Part shown: positions 41,947 through 55,741 of the stretch, one piece after another
How positions within the stretch are numbered: the first letter of the stretch is position 1
Layout: each line of letters begins with the position of its first letter
NCBI GenBank assembly: GCA_002269645.1
Contig: NIVC01003844.1
Span: 1-64,000 of the forward strand
DNA length: 64,000 bases
Source: Macrostomum lignano
Lineage: Eukaryota
Direction of reading: 5' to 3'
Program-made: the position numbers and the translations under genes
The notes under the pieces: generated by a model
Told to the model about the DNA's origin: nothing
Database searches by the model: none
Seen by the model: only the letters and a program-made list of their open reading frames with translations

Positions 41947-44900
41947 GAATCCGTCCAGAGTCCCGACTACGCTCTCAAATGCATTCTCGATTCGATAGGT
42001 TGAATTGGATTAATGCGTTTTTTAAAGCTTATTTGCTTGGTTTTGCTTTGCATAAGGAATATTCCGTGAATGAGTCAAACACAGACGCTTTTATTTACAA
42101 GTAAGCGTACGTTCATCATAGTACTTTCTTTCTACGTACTTTCAAGCGTAGCTCTTAGGGCTTAGGGCGTTGGGGGGGGGGGGGGGCAGGCAGTCCTTGT
42201 TTTGCCTCCTCTCTCTCAACTCAACCCCGCGCGATCGATAATGGACGGGAGACGGTTTGCTTCATGTGGTGAGGGTATGCACACGATTTTAATGTACAGC
42301 GGAGAGCTTTTTAGCTAACATGTTTATCAGTAGAGAATGGGTTGATTAAATTCAGTGGAGAGTTGTCTATTTGCCAAACTTATTCAATTGATGTTAGAAA
42401 AATGTGTACATTCTGACTGACGCCAAGTACAAGCATGCATATAGAAAGCGAGAATTGAACAGCTAGTTATTTGCGAAGTTCTTAAAAATTGAGTTATTTC
42501 TGCTTAATGGAATGAAGAATTTTCAGTAAATGATTAGAATCTACATTTAGTATAGGTAGCTTTTCAAACTGATTAGTCATACCTTCATGATATTTGTTTC
42601 ATTTATACGCACTTATTACAAAAACAAAATTAACTATCTGTTGGTGGGGCGTGGGCGCCTGTCGTTTGGTGGGTGGGCACCCTGTATCTTACAGTGCGCC
42701 CTTGTCTCTTAAATGGGCGTCCGTGTCCCTTAGGTGGGCGCCCCTATCATTCATCGAGCTTATACCCCATCGTTTCGTTGTTGGAGGGGCGCAATTTTTG
42801 TGGGGGCACAATTTTTTTAAGGGGCAATTTTTGTGGGGGCGCAATTTTTGTGTGGCCGCAATTTTTGTGCGGGGATCGATGGGCGGCGGGAGCTTACGGC
42901 ACCGGGGCACGTTTACCGCACGGGCGGTAATTTTTAGTGCCTTCTCTGATATTTTAGGCCCTAATTATTAGCAGCTTATATAAAGGTACCTGTGCTGTGC
43001 CCCCTTGCCCTGTGCCCAGTGCCCCCTAAAATATTAGGCTCTGCCACTCCCTGGGGAGGGGGCAATTTTAGTGGAACTGTGGGGGCGCAATTTTTGTCAG
43101 GGGGGGGGCAATTTTTGTGAGGGCGCAATTTTAGTGGGGAGGGGGGCAATTTTTGTGGGGGGGGGCAATTTTTGTGGGGTGCGCAATTTTTGTGGGGGGC
43201 GTAATTTTTTTGGCGGGCGATTGGGGGGGGGGGGGCCGCGGCCCCCCCCCCCCCCCCCCTGCGTACGCCACTGGACCCCAGACCGTTATCTATTAAAATT
43301 TCTCGCAATAATTTAGTTTATATTTATTGTGCTTCGTGCTGTACCATAAACCGCCTTTACAGTTGTAAAACTGAGATCAATGGAAAAGAAAACGGTGGGA
43401 GCGTCTGTTTTAAGAAAACCGGTTTGGGCGTCAATTTTTTTAAAGAACAAAAATAAGCATAAAACTTACATACTATCAAAAATTCGTTTTTTTATTTTTA
43501 AACGATATTTGTTGCTGAAGCAGGTTATTTTTCTTAACTTCTATCTAACTAACTAATAATTATGTCGCCAATTTGTAAATAACGCTCGTACAAGTTCAAA
43601 CGATTCATTTGAAGTTTTAAAGTTTGACAGAGTTAATGACAAAGTTTTAGTCTTAGTTACTCTTAAATTTAGTTTATTGAAAGCTTTATATATAAACCTG
43701 TCATTTGCATTGCATCTCTCTGCCCTCTTGAGTCCGCCTCTGCCTCCTTGAATTGGACACCCAGTACAGTAAATCTCAATAAATTTTCGAAGCCTGACGA
43801 AAACTGTTCCTGGTCGATAAAATCCACAAACCAGACAAAATTAGGTGGGCAAGCGCAGAGTGGCCAAATGAGTGGAAAGGTGAGCAGGATAAATTATAGA
43901 AATTAATTCGCCTGATTAGTGAAAATTCATCATAATTTGCTATGCTGCCTACTTAATCTCATTTTCAGTAGTGTGTGCGACGACTTTGAATTTCGACATT
44001 TTATGCAATTTCTTGTACCCGAAATTCACTGTAATCTATTGTTACTAAGTTTACTATTTTTTATTGCTTCACTTCAGCTACGACAACCTTCAGTAATAAA
44101 GTTTTTTGCGCATTGAAAGATTTCGCATCCTCAAGGTTTTAAATTCTCATTTTCAACTTTTATCTGCTGAAAAACTTTGCAATTCTTAGGAATTTCGATG
44201 CCTATCATTTGTTTTAAATTTCTATAATTAAAAATAAGGAATTCAATCAGTTTGCAGACTGTGTAGTCAGCTTTAGTGGCCTCGCTTTCTAAAAATACAC
44301 CAAATTTTTCCCTTGTGCAGCCTCGTCAATCTTAATAACTCCTGCATCAACTGGAACCCACTCGCTTATATCAGCGTATTGAAACCCTCAGCCGCAAGTG
44401 CAGTGCTTCTTTCTTTTAGTCGTGACAGGTCCGTATATAAACACGTCATCATCCTATCCAGACAGGCAGACCTTTGCCCGATAATCCTCGTGCCAATCCA
44501 TTCTACTGTTCCAAACAGTGAACTGCCTGTAGAGCACTTGAGCCACTCAGCTACAAGTTGATTACTTCGTCACTAATCCTTGAGAGTTTTCGGTCCTTTC
44601 TTTGCTGGACTCCCGCTGGACTACCTGTCTATCTATGCAAGATTTTGTTTCTGTTCTGACTTGGCTACAAGACCATTCTACTATACTATCTGCTGTAGTT
44701 TTGTTCGTGAGCCGCCAATCTACACTTTGATGAAGTGGTGCCTAGTAAACACACACTAAACAGAGGCTGTGGGAAATATTTGAAACTGATTCTACTGCCG
44801 AAACCGTAATGACAAGTAAGCTGTGTTTGCTAGTCCGATGCCCGTTCGGCTACCGTGCATTGAAAATGAATCTATGGACCCTATAGCTACTAGAATCTGG

Positions 44901-45136
44901 CGTCCACGTGTCCATTATCGATTCGCTTGAATTCTACAAATTGTATTATTGTACCCATCGATCTCTCGACTCTCATTACTTCTGATTCATTTTAATTTCA
45001 ACTCAATGATGCCAAAGATAAAGCCATATATATTTCTAGTCTTGATAGGTGCTAGATTCAGCGTCTCTGTATCAAGTCTGGCGCTCCTTTACTATCTTTT
45101 ACCGCGGAAGCAGAGCAGCTCAGCGATAAATGAAAC

Positions 45137-48100
45137 TGCGGCGCCAAAATGAGTGCCTGCGGCGCTAAAATGAGTACCTGCGACGCTAAAATGAGTGCCT
45201 GCGGCGCTAAAATGAGTGTCTGCGGCGCTAAAATGAGTACCTGCGGCGCTAAAATGAGTACCTGCGACGCTAAAATGAGTGCCTGCGGCGCTAAAATGAG
45301 TGTCTGCGGCGCTAAAATGAGTACCTGCGGCGCTAAAATGAGTACCTGCGGCGCTAAAATGAGTACCTGCGGCGCCAAAATGAGTGCCTGCGGCGCTAAA
45401 ATGAGTGCCTGTGGCGCCAAAATGAGTACCTGCGGCGCCAAAATGAGTGCCTGCGGCGCTAAAATGGTGTCTGCGGCGCCAAAACGAGTGTCTGCGGCGC
45501 TAAAATGGTGTCTGCGGCGCCAAAATGAGTGCCTGCGGTGCTAAAATGAGTGCCTGCGGTGCTAAAATGAGTGCCTGCGGCGCTAAAATGAGTGCCTGCG
45601 GTGCTAAAATGAGTGCCTGCGGTGCTAAAATGAGTGCCTGCTGCGCTGAACTGAGTGCCTGCGGCGCTAAAATGAATAACTTTGGCGCCAAAATGAGTGC
45701 CTGCGACGCTAAAATGAGTGCCTGCGGCGCTAAAATGAGTGCCTGCGACGCTAAAATGAGTGCCTGCGGCGCTAAAATGAGTGCCTGCGGCGCTAAAATG
45801 AGTGTCTGCGGCGCTAAAATGAGTACCTGCGGCGCTAAAATGAGTACCTGCGACGCTAAAATGAGTGCCTGCGGCGCTAAAATGAGTGTCTGCGGCGCTA
45901 AAATGAGTACCTGCGGCGCTAAAATAAGTACCTGCGGCGCTAAAATGAGTACCTGCGGCGCCAAAATGAGTGTCTGCGGCGCTAAAATGAGTGCCTGCGG
46001 CGCTAAAATGAGTACCTGCGACGCTAAAATGAGTGCCTGCGGCGCTAAAATGAGTGTCTGCGGCGCTAAAATGAGTACCTGCGGCGCTAAAATGAGTACC
46101 TGCGACGCTAAAATGAGTGCCTGCGGCGCTAAAATGAGTGTCTGCGGCGCTAAAATGAGTACCTGCGGCGCTAAAATGAGTACCTGCGGCGCCAAAATGA
46201 GTACCTGCGGCGCCAAAATGAGTGCCTGCGGCGCTAAAATGAGTGCCTGTGGCGCCAAAATGAGTACCTGCGGCGCCAAAATGAGTGCCTGCGGCGCTAA
46301 AATGGTGTCTGCGGCGCCAAAACGAGTGTCTGCGGCGCTAAAATGGTGTCTGCGGCGCCAAAATGAGTGCCTGCGGTGCTAAAATGAGTGCCTGCGGTGC
46401 TAAAATGAGTGCCTGCGGCGCTAAAATGAGTGCCTGCGGTGCTAAAATGAGTGCCTGCGGTGCTAAAATGAGTGCCTGCTGCGCTGAACTGAGTGCCTGC
46501 GGCGCTAAAATGAATAACTTTGGCGCCAAAATGAGTGCCTGCGACGCTAAAATGAGTGCCTGCGGCGCTAAAATGAGTGCCTGCGGCGCCAAAATGAGTG
46601 CCTGCGGCGCTTAATAGAGTTTCTGCAGCGCCAAAATGAGTGCCTGCGACGCTAAAATGAGTGCCTGCGGCGCTGAACTGAGTGCCTGCGGCGCTAAAAT
46701 GAATAACTTTGGCGCCAAAATGAGTGCCTGCGGAGCTAAAATGAGTGCCTGCGGCGCTAAAATGAGTGCCTGGGGCGCTAAAATGAGTGCCTGCGGCGCT
46801 GAAATGAGTGCCTGCGGCGCTAAAATGAGTGCCTGCGGCGCCAAAATGAGTGCCTGCGGTGCTAAAATGAGTGCCTGCGGTGCTAAAATGAGTGCCTGCG
46901 GCGCTGAAATGAGTGTCTGCGGCGCTAAAATGAGTGCCTGCGGCGCTGAAATGAGTGCCTGCGGCGCTAAAATGAGTGCCTGCGGCGCTAAAATGAGTTT
47001 CTGCAGCGCTGAAATGAGTGCCTGCGGTGCTAAAATGAGTGCCTGCGGCGCTGAAATGAGTGCCTGCGGCGCTAAAATGAGTGCCTGCGGCGCCAAAATG
47101 ACTGCCTGCGGCGCTGAAATGAGTGCCTGCGGCGCTTAAATGAGTTTCTGCAGCGCTGAAATGAGTGCCTGCGGCGCTAAAATGAGTACCTGCGGCGCTA
47201 AAATGAGTGCCTGCGGCGCTAAAATGAGTGCCTGCGGCGCTAAAATGAGTGCCTGCGGCGCTGAAATGAGTGCCTGCGGCGCTGAAATGAGTGCCTGCGG
47301 CGCCAAAATGAGTGCCTGCGGCGCTGAAATGAGTGCCTGCGGCGCTGAAATGAGTGCCTGCGGCGCTAAAATGAGTGCCTGCGGCGCCAAAATGAGTGCC
47401 TGCGGCGCTGAAATGAGTGCCTGCGGCGCTAAAACGAGTGCCTGCGGCGCTAAAATGAGTGCCTGCGGTGCTAAAATGAGTGCCTGCGGCGCTGAAATGA
47501 GTGCCTGCGGCGCTAAAATGAGTGCCTGCGGCGCCAAAATGAGTGCCTGCGGCGCTGAAATGAGTGCCTGCGGCGCTAAAATGAGTGCCTGCGGCGCTAA
47601 AATGAGTGCCTGCGGCGCTAAAATGAGTGCCTGCGGTGCTAAAATGAGTGCCTGCGGCGCCAAAATGAGTGCCTGCGGCGCTTAATAGAGTTTCTGCAGC
47701 GCCAAAATGAGTGCCTGCGACGCTAAAATGAGTGCCTGCGGCGCTGAACTGAGTGCCTGCGGCGCTAAAATGAATAACTTTGGCGCCAAAATGAGTGCCT
47801 GCGGAGCTAAAATGAGTGCCTGCGGCGCTAAAATGAGTGCCTGGGGCGCTAAAATGAGTGCCTGCGGCGCTGAAATGAGTGCCTGCGGCGCTAAAATGAG
47901 TGCCTGCGGCGCCAAAATGAGTGCCTGCGGTGCTAAAATGAGTGCCTGCGGTGCTAAAATGAGTGCCTGCGGCGCTGAAATGAGTGTCTGCGGCGCTAAA
48001 ATGAGTGCCTGCGGCGCTGAAATGAGTGCCTGCGGCGCTAAAATGAGTGCCTGCGGCGCTAAAATGAGTTTCTGCAGCGCTGAAATGAGTGCCTGCGGTG

Positions 48101-49050
48101 CTAAAATGAGTGCCTGCGGCGCTGAAATGAGTGCCTGCGGCGCTAAAATGAGTGCCTGCGGCGCCAAAATGAGTGCCTGCGGCGCTGAAATGAGTGCCTG
48201 CGGCGCTAAAATGAGTGCCTGCGGCGCTAAAATGAGTGCCTGCGGCGCTAAAATGAGTGCCTGCGGCGCTAAAATGAGTGCCTGCGGCGCCAAAATGAGT
48301 TCCTGCGGCGCCAAAATGAGTGCCTGCGGCGCTTAATAGAGTTTCTGCAGCGCCAAAATGAGTGCCTGCGGCGCTGAAATGAGTGCCTGCGGCGCTAAAA
48401 TGAGTGCCTGCGGCGCTAAAATGAGTGCCTGCGGTGCTAAAATGAGTGCCTGCGGCGCTGAAATGAGTGCCTGCGGCGCTAAAATGAGTGCCTGCGGCGC
48501 CAAAATGAGTGCCTGCGGCGCTGAAATGAGTGCCTGCGGCGCTAAAATGAGTGCCTGCGGCGCTAAAATGAGTGCCTGCGGCGCTAAAATGAGTGCCTGC
48601 GGTGCTAAAATGAGTGCCTGCGGCGCCAAAATGAGTGCCTGCGGCGCTTAATAGAGTTTCTGCAGCGCCAAAATGAGTGCCTGCGACGCTAAAATGAGTG
48701 CCTGCGGCGCTGAACTGAGTGCCTGCGGCGCTAAAATGAGTACCTGCGGCGCTAAAATGAGTGCCTGCGGCGCTAAAATGAGTGCCTGCGGCGCTAAAAT
48801 GAGTGCCTGCGGCGCTGAAATGAGTGCCTGCGGTGCTAAAATGAGTGCCTGCGGCGCTAAAATGAGTTCCTGCGGCGCCAAAATGAGTGCCTGCGGCGCT
48901 TAATAGAGTTTCTGCAGCGCCAAAATGAGTGCCTGCGGTGCTAAAATGAGTGCCTGCGGTGCTAAAATGAGTGCCTGCGGTGCTAAAATGAGTTCCTGCG
49001 GCGCTGAACTGAGTGCCTGCGGCGCTAAAATGAGTGCCTGTGGCCTCAAA
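45137..49050. repeat. 21-bp minisatellite (GGCGCTAAAATGAGTGCCTGC), about 185 copies, with higher-order blocks
   Basis: Direct reading; variant units recur at multiples of 21 bp. Confidence 0.97.
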
Positions 49051-51529
49051 TGATCGCTGACAACACCGATTTTGAAAATAATGTACATGTAGGAATTTAT
49101 TCATGTAACATGTACATATTTAGAATTCTCAGATTTGTCCCCCCTACCATAAAATCCATGGCGACGCCCCTCGCTACGAGTAAATTTACGCCACACTACC
49201 AATTTCTGGTGGTTAGGCTTCTTCCCTAGCTTCATATTCTGAATTTGAACTACTGATTATTTAAAAAATATGATTCCATCAATTTCAATCAGTCAAATCA
49301 AAATCCCTACAGTGTTTTATTTTGGCAACTATTTTGTGATTCAATCTTTTGCTATTTTTGTTTACATTTGGTTGATGTAATGTAACTGGCAACCACATCC
49401 GTTTTCACGCCTAGATACTAAATATAGTTGTCTAGTTAAGATCTCTAATGTGCATAGGGCCAATCTGTCACGAGCTAGTAGTGAAAGAAATATATCTTAA
49501 AAGGTTTCCTTTAAAAAAGTTACAAAAAGAATATTTCCTTGTCAAACAAAACTACACAGCGGTGGTTCACAAGCTGGAAAATCTACTGGCAAAATCTTGT
49601 CGAAAAAATTAACTGAAGTTTCGTCAGTTTTAACTGACACCGCGGGGACCACCCTGACAAGGCGCGTCGGTCAAAGAATTGCTATGGTCATTTTTCTCAT
49701 GGGGAGTTTGCTCCCACAGAAGAAGCGAAAGCCACGGAATGCTATAGGCCTAGTAATCTGGATTGAGAAATTTTAGACTTTCAGTCAATGAACATATTTT
49801 GTGCAAAGAATCTCAACTGTCGAATAGAATTCTAGTGAATTCAGACCTGTTAACTATTTACCTCTTTAAAATCCAATTTAACTAATGCCAATTAGTTAAA
49901 TAAAGTGGTCTGCCTTGCCGTTTAGTTGCTCTGCCACTGCTGACAGAATAGAGATCAGGTCTTCTAAGAAAAAGGGTTTACTGAAGAGAAAGAAGCAATA
50001 ATATATAATATCTGTAACTGGAAACAAACTCATTAATATCATGCTAACGATGTTACGGAACACTGTCTAGCTGTTCACTAACGTTAATGGACTGTAGTTA
50101 AGAAATTTTAGCTAACGGGTTAATGATTGTGTTTGAAAATGCGTCATTGTTATTTGTTAATGATGTACGTGTATTATATAGCGCCAATTTTTCCCGCAAA
50201 GAAGCGCCATTCCCACGGGCGCCAAGGCTAGATAGCAGACGCTATACTTATTTGGTGAAATCAGATAAATAGAAATAAATATAATTTAGTTAAATACAGT
50301 TTCAAGCAGCTTCAAAACAGTAAAATTAATAGGTATTTTGAAAGTTAAAGTTAACGGATTAACGTATATTAATGTTTTACCGTTTATTTTTTCCTTTAAC
50401 ATCTAACGATTAGGTCATTAACAGGGGTTAAGCTTTTAATTAACGTTACCTGACACACTGTGTGTTAATCATTCCGTAAAAAATTCAAAAGTCTAATACC
50501 GGAATACTTTTCTTTCAAAAAACCGGCAGCACTAAACCAAGTTGTAGTTAAATTAGTTCTCCTTACTCTAGAGTTCCATCCATAGTTTCAGGCTTCTATG
50601 TTTTTTCTTCAAATCTCTCCATGGCGTCTCCTCTTTTTTCACGGATGAGGTGCATGGGATGGACGGCGGGGCACAGCGGGTGGCGCTGGTTACCCGGACC
50701 AACATATCGAGATCAGCTACCGAAATCTTCGAGATTTCCTAGATCTGCCGCCAGAGGGTAAGGCCGGTATATGTAGGAAGGTGTGAACGAAGGTGTCTTT
50801 GGTGCCGCGCGCGGTCGCAACTCGCAAGGGAATCGCCGGCCCCACCCGCCCCGCCTTTGCAGCCGACTGCTGGGCGATAATTTAGCAAAAAATACGAACA
50901 GAAAGAGTTCGGGTGCCGACCTGACAACCGGAGAATTTCTTTCTTTTCTTTGCTTTTTTCTCAGTAGATTGGTTCCGGCTTTGGACACGTCTCTGTTCGC
51001 TGTAAGGGTCCGTCCGGCCTTTAGAATTCGGCCAAGCGCACTGCTTTTTAGTTTCGGGGATATTTATTTACGGAAACTCCCCGGGGTATCGCAATCGCAT
51101 AGTGAAAATAGAGCTGCTGTTGTTGCCGCGAAGCCGCCGCGCCGCTGTTGCTGCTTCTAGTGGGAGGGGGGAGGGCGGGGCGAACCGCTTGGTCACTGAA
51201 CGAACGGCCGGATTACTGAGGACCCTTGAGGCTTGGCTTTGGGGTCTTTTCAACTGATTTAAAGATAGAGGAACGAACGATAAAGCATATGCATGCCTAG
51301 TATATCAGGCTTTAGTAACTCTTGCGCTAGTATCGGTTTAGCTGCAGTCAGAGATATCCTGGATGTACATTACTTGGAAGCATAATAACTTATAGCTGGT
51401 ATTCAATTATTTTATTACTAGATTATTATTGGATTCGTGAAAAACAATTTTATCACTTCTTACAATCCTACTCTTAGAATTCTCAAACAATAATATCACG
51501 CTTCTCTCCCTTAATCCATTGGAGGTTCG

Positions 51530-51930
51530 CCTCTTTTTGACCCGAAAATCTGGCCCTCTCTGACCCCAAAGATCCGTCTCTCTCTGAACCTAAAGATCCA
51601 CCCTCTCTGACCCCAAAGATCCGCCTCTCTCTGAACCCAAAGATCCACCCTCTCTGACCTCAAAGATCCAGCCTCTCTGACCTCAAAGATCCAGCCTCTC
51701 TGACCCCAAAGATCCACCCTCTCTGACCCCAAAGATCCACCCTCTCTTCAAGCCCCTCTTTTCAACCCCAAAGATACCCTCTCTGACCCCAAAGATCCAG
51801 CCTCTCTGACCCCAAAGATCCACCCTCTCTTCAAGCCCCTCTTTTCAACCCCAAAGATACCCTCTCTGACCCCAAAGATCCAGCCTCTCTGACCCCAAAG
51901 ATCCACCCTCTCTGCGACCCCAAAGATCCG
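51530..51930. repeat. About 21-bp tandem repeat (CTCTCTGACCCCAAAGATCCA)
   Basis: Direct reading. Confidence 0.85.
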
Positions 51931-52844
51931 CCCTTCTCCTCCCTATAATTCTAACGCCTAAAAATCAGTTTCTCTGGTCCATGAGTTTTAGTGACTGCAT
52001 TAAAATAAGCCAAATGTGTCCATGCAGCTTGCAGTTCTTAGCATTTCTTTCCAAAAACAGGCAAAATAGAGGATGGTGAAAACACTGCGAGACCAAACAT
52101 TCTTGCCTATATTAGAAAAACTTCTAAACACGATTTTCTGCTTTTCCAGTTCCAGCAGCCAGCAGGTGGTACCAGGTGAATATCGTCCAAGTCAGATCTC
52201 GACAAGGGAATATCCGTGAGCCCGCGAAAGGCTACGACTGCCTCGTGTTAAAACATCTGCACGGAATTTTGTTTCCTAAACAAAAAAAAAGTTTTTCCTA
52301 TTTAGAGACACTGACATTTCTTCAGAAAGTCGCGAAACACCTGCGTTTCCCTTGCCTAGTTACGCAAAATTGTCCAAAAATCAGCAAGGTGTTAATAGCG
52401 CATCGATCTGTGCCAACTTTGAAAAAATATTAACTGCATCTGCATCTATAAATGATTGAAGTTTGTTTAAGTCTCTTTCCTAGAATCGAAAAAAACGAAG
52501 GAGCTATTCGAAGATCGACTGCAGGAGAAAAAATAAGGTTGATTGAAAGCAAACTATAGTTGGGCAATCATCCTTTTTTAAATGATTCGAGCGTTAGCAG
52601 GTGTGTTCTATATTCCTCAATCATTTTGCTAAAAAAATTGAAAAAAATGGAGAGTAGCGCTCCTTTTTTACTATACACTATGTAGGTTTTTAAATTCCGA
52701 AAAAGTATAGAGTTGCTTGATCTAAAAGACATCCGAATCCATGCACTAAACATGTCTTAACAAAGCGCCCCACGAGCACTGCTCCATCTCCTCCGAACAG
52801 AACGCCCCACCCAATAAATACAGTTCTAAAAACCACGGTGCCCA

Positions 52845-53490
52845 CCAACGCAGTGCCCCCCACACTGTGCCCCCCCAGCACAGTGCCCCCCCCCAACACA
52901 GTGCCCCCCACACTGTGCCCCCAGCACTGTGCCCACCAGCACTGTGCCCCCAGCACTGTGCCCCCAGCACTGTGCCCCCCAGCACTGTGCCCCAGCACTG
53001 TGCCCCCCACACTGTGCCCCCCAGCTTTGTGCCCCAGCACTGTGCCCCCAGCACTGTGCCCCCAGCACTGTGCCCCCCACACTGTGCCCCCCCAGCTTTG
53101 TGCCCCCAGCACTGTGCCTCCCAGCACCTGTGCCCTCAGCACTGTGCCCTCAGCACTGTGCCCCCCAGCACTGTGCCCCCCAACACTAACCCCCAGCACA
53201 GTGCCCCCAACACAGTGCCCCCACCACACTGTGCCCCCCAGCACTGTGCCCCCAGCTCTGTGCCCCCCAACACAGTGCCCCCCACTGTGCCCCAGCACTG
53301 TGCCCCCAGCACTGTGCCCCCAGCACTGTGCTCCCAGCACTGTGCCCCCAACACTAACCCCTAGCACTGTGCCCCAACACTGGCCCCCCAGCACTGTGCC
53401 CCCAACACTAACCCCAGCACCCAACACTAACACCCAGCACTGTGCCCCAACACAGTGCCCCCCAGCACTGTGCCCCCCAACACTCTGCCC
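52845..53490. repeat. About 14-15-bp C-rich tandem repeat (CAGCACTGTGCCCCC)
   Basis: Direct reading. Confidence 0.9.
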
Positions 53491-54886
53491 CCTCCCCTGC
53501 CAGACAGCACCCCAAGCAGAGAGCCCCGTCCCCCTTTTTGAAGGTCGTTTACCGCGGCAAAAACGGGCACTTTACTGTTTTCAAACTTGACTGGCCTCAT
53601 TCAGTTCTGTAAAACTCACGAGTTTCAAAGAAACGTCAACTTATCAAATCTAATACATACACTTCAAAATTAAATTTTGATTAAATCAATGTACTGGGAT
53701 GAAAGTTACTCTGGAGTTGGTGTAACAGTGTCAAACAAAACCTATCCCCCATAAATTTGATGGACTCCCATGCATGATGGGTTTCAGTATTTCAAGGCAG
53801 AGCTATATAACCCGATATGGGCCCCCCTTTGATGTGCACAGCTGCACGAGATGATAGCGCAACAGGTAGCGAGGAAACCAGATTCCAAGCACGACGTGTC
53901 GGGAGTCTACATGGCTCGCTCGATGCATTTCAAAGAAACAAAAAACAGTTCAACAATGGGTGGATGGGAGGATGATTCAGCGTGCAGTAAGTCAGGGAAT
54001 CAGAAAATATCCAATTACTGTTGCAAATGACCGTATTGGAACACCCAACAAGGATAGCATGACTGGATCATGCCAAGTAATAACAATTTTACAATAATTC
54101 ATTAGATTTCAACAATTCATTTGAACTGGATAATTTCTAACATTTCTTTATCTCTTTTAGTCCATAATTGGAAATTTAGTGGTCCTTGACTTAAACAGTA
54201 GTTTAATATTGGGCGATATAAGCAGCATAACAGTGCAAACATGCTCTCGTATCGTCCAATTAATTCTATAACCAAAATTCATTCACCAGATTCCTGATTT
54301 ATTTTCCTATTTGTCAATTGGCCTATACATGCGGTATGGGGACTTCACTCGCTCCCTGAAAAGTGGCTATGGTCGTAAATTATGATTTTACCTGGGCGCC
54401 AAATCCCCTGTCATTGTACGAGTATGGGGCTTATATTGAAAATTAGTTAACACATGCAGGTGGGCTCGGAAAACTCCGGCCCACGAAGCCTCTCTATCCG
54501 GCCCTCGGGGTAACTTTGAAACTTCGCAATAGCAATCCGGGCCTATCCAGGCATGTGCTGTCTCTTCTCTGCTCTCCTCTCTCCCCTCTTAGCTCGTATC
54601 TCTCCTCTCATTTGAACTCTAATCAGCGCATTGCATTGTCTGCTATACAGTTTGTCTCTGCAGGTTTGCTTTGAAAAGAAATTTCTTAATAAATTAATCT
54701 GAAAACGAAAATCTAACACCCTGTTATACTCGTAGACTCGAACAAAACCATTTTGGAGTGTTATTGGTTTTAGTCTATACGCGCAGGCACACACTCACAC
54801 AGGAGTGTACAGCGGTCCTAACTTTATTTATCGTTAGGCATGTACACTTCACTGCGCCTTGGGCTCATGGATTAGCCACAAATTAA

Positions 54887-55416
54887 GGGGGCGCTTCACA
54901 AGACCTAAATTTCACAACGCCTAAAGCACATGACTTCACATCACCTAAATTTCATAACGCCTAAACTCGAAAGTGCAGCCTCCTTCACAACGCCTAAATT
55001 TCACATCGCCTAAATTTCACAACGCCTAAATTTCACAACGCCTAAAATTTCTGCACGCTCCTTCACATCGCCTAAATTTCATAACGCCTAAAACCGAAAA
55101 TGCATCCTACTTCATATCGCCTAAATTTCATATCGCCTAAATTTCATATCGCCTAAATTTCATATCGCCTAAATTTCATATCGCCTAAACTTCATATCGC
55201 CTAAATTTCACAACACCTAAAACTGAATGTGAAGGAGAGAAGCAAAGATTTTAGGCGTTGTGAAATTTAGGCGATATGAAATTTAGGCGATGTGAAAGAG
55301 CGTGCAAATATTTTAGGCGTTGTGAAATTTAGGCGATGTGAAGTGTGGTGGTTTTAGGCGTTGTGAAGTGTGGTGGTTTTAGGCGTTGTGAAATTTAGGT
55401 CTTATGAAAGCGTCCC
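54887..55416. mobile_element. Fold-back MITE built from inverted arrays of 17-bp repeats
   Basis: TIR GGGG-CGCTT-CA-AAGACCTAAATTTCACAACGCCTAAA at both ends; flanking duplication CAAATTAA (54879-54886 and 55417-55424). Confidence 0.8.
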
Positions 55417-55500
55417 CAAATTAATGCGACTGCACTTGGAATCGAGCCTGAGCCGCTGGAAAACCATATTAAGGACTCCTTGGCTTCAGGAGCCAGACTG

Positions 55501-55549
55501 GGCCAATAAGTGCGCTCCCCAGTCTGCGGGCCCCCTGGCAGCCAATAAG
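55501..55549 (+). promoter_or_regulatory. Two GCCAATAAG (CCAAT-box-like) motifs about 200 bp upstream of the Six ATG
   Basis: Motif match only. Confidence 0.25.
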
Positions 55550-55741
55550 AATGCTCCAGCCGCCCATCTTCATCGGGCCGAATTCGCGAGTGGGGTTTGG
55601 GGTTGAAGAGGGGGGACATTATAACACGCAAAATATCCCCCATCGATTTGATTAAGAAACGTCACGATCAGGATGGCTATAAACGACTGAATTTTTTTAG
55701 TCTTCATACCCTGCATCGTTATAGACCTCAGCCTCTCATCA

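Larger units (their letters stand above)
37522..43273 (-). mobile_element. Intact hAT DNA transposon
   Basis: 8-bp TSD GACCCCAG (37514-37521 and 43274-43281); TIR CAGTGGCGTAC; GGCGCAATTTTTGTG subterminal repeats at about 42780-43220. Confidence 0.93.

Noticed and set aside
40772-41998. Plus-strand 408-aa and alternative-frame ORFs
   Set aside because: Shadows of the 48-bp repeat inside the hAT transposase.
45058-49104. Long ORFs on both strands (935 aa AAGTHFS repeats; MSACGAK and APQALIL repeats)
   Set aside because: By-products of a 21-bp unit that lacks stops in several frames; no unique coding sequence or gene structure.
50620-51200. GC-rich segment with a GTAAGG donor-like site
   Set aside because: No recognisable protein or RNA motif; cannot support a call.
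52690-53590. Pro/Cys-rich and Gly-rich ORFs
   Set aside because: Translations of a C-rich minisatellite.
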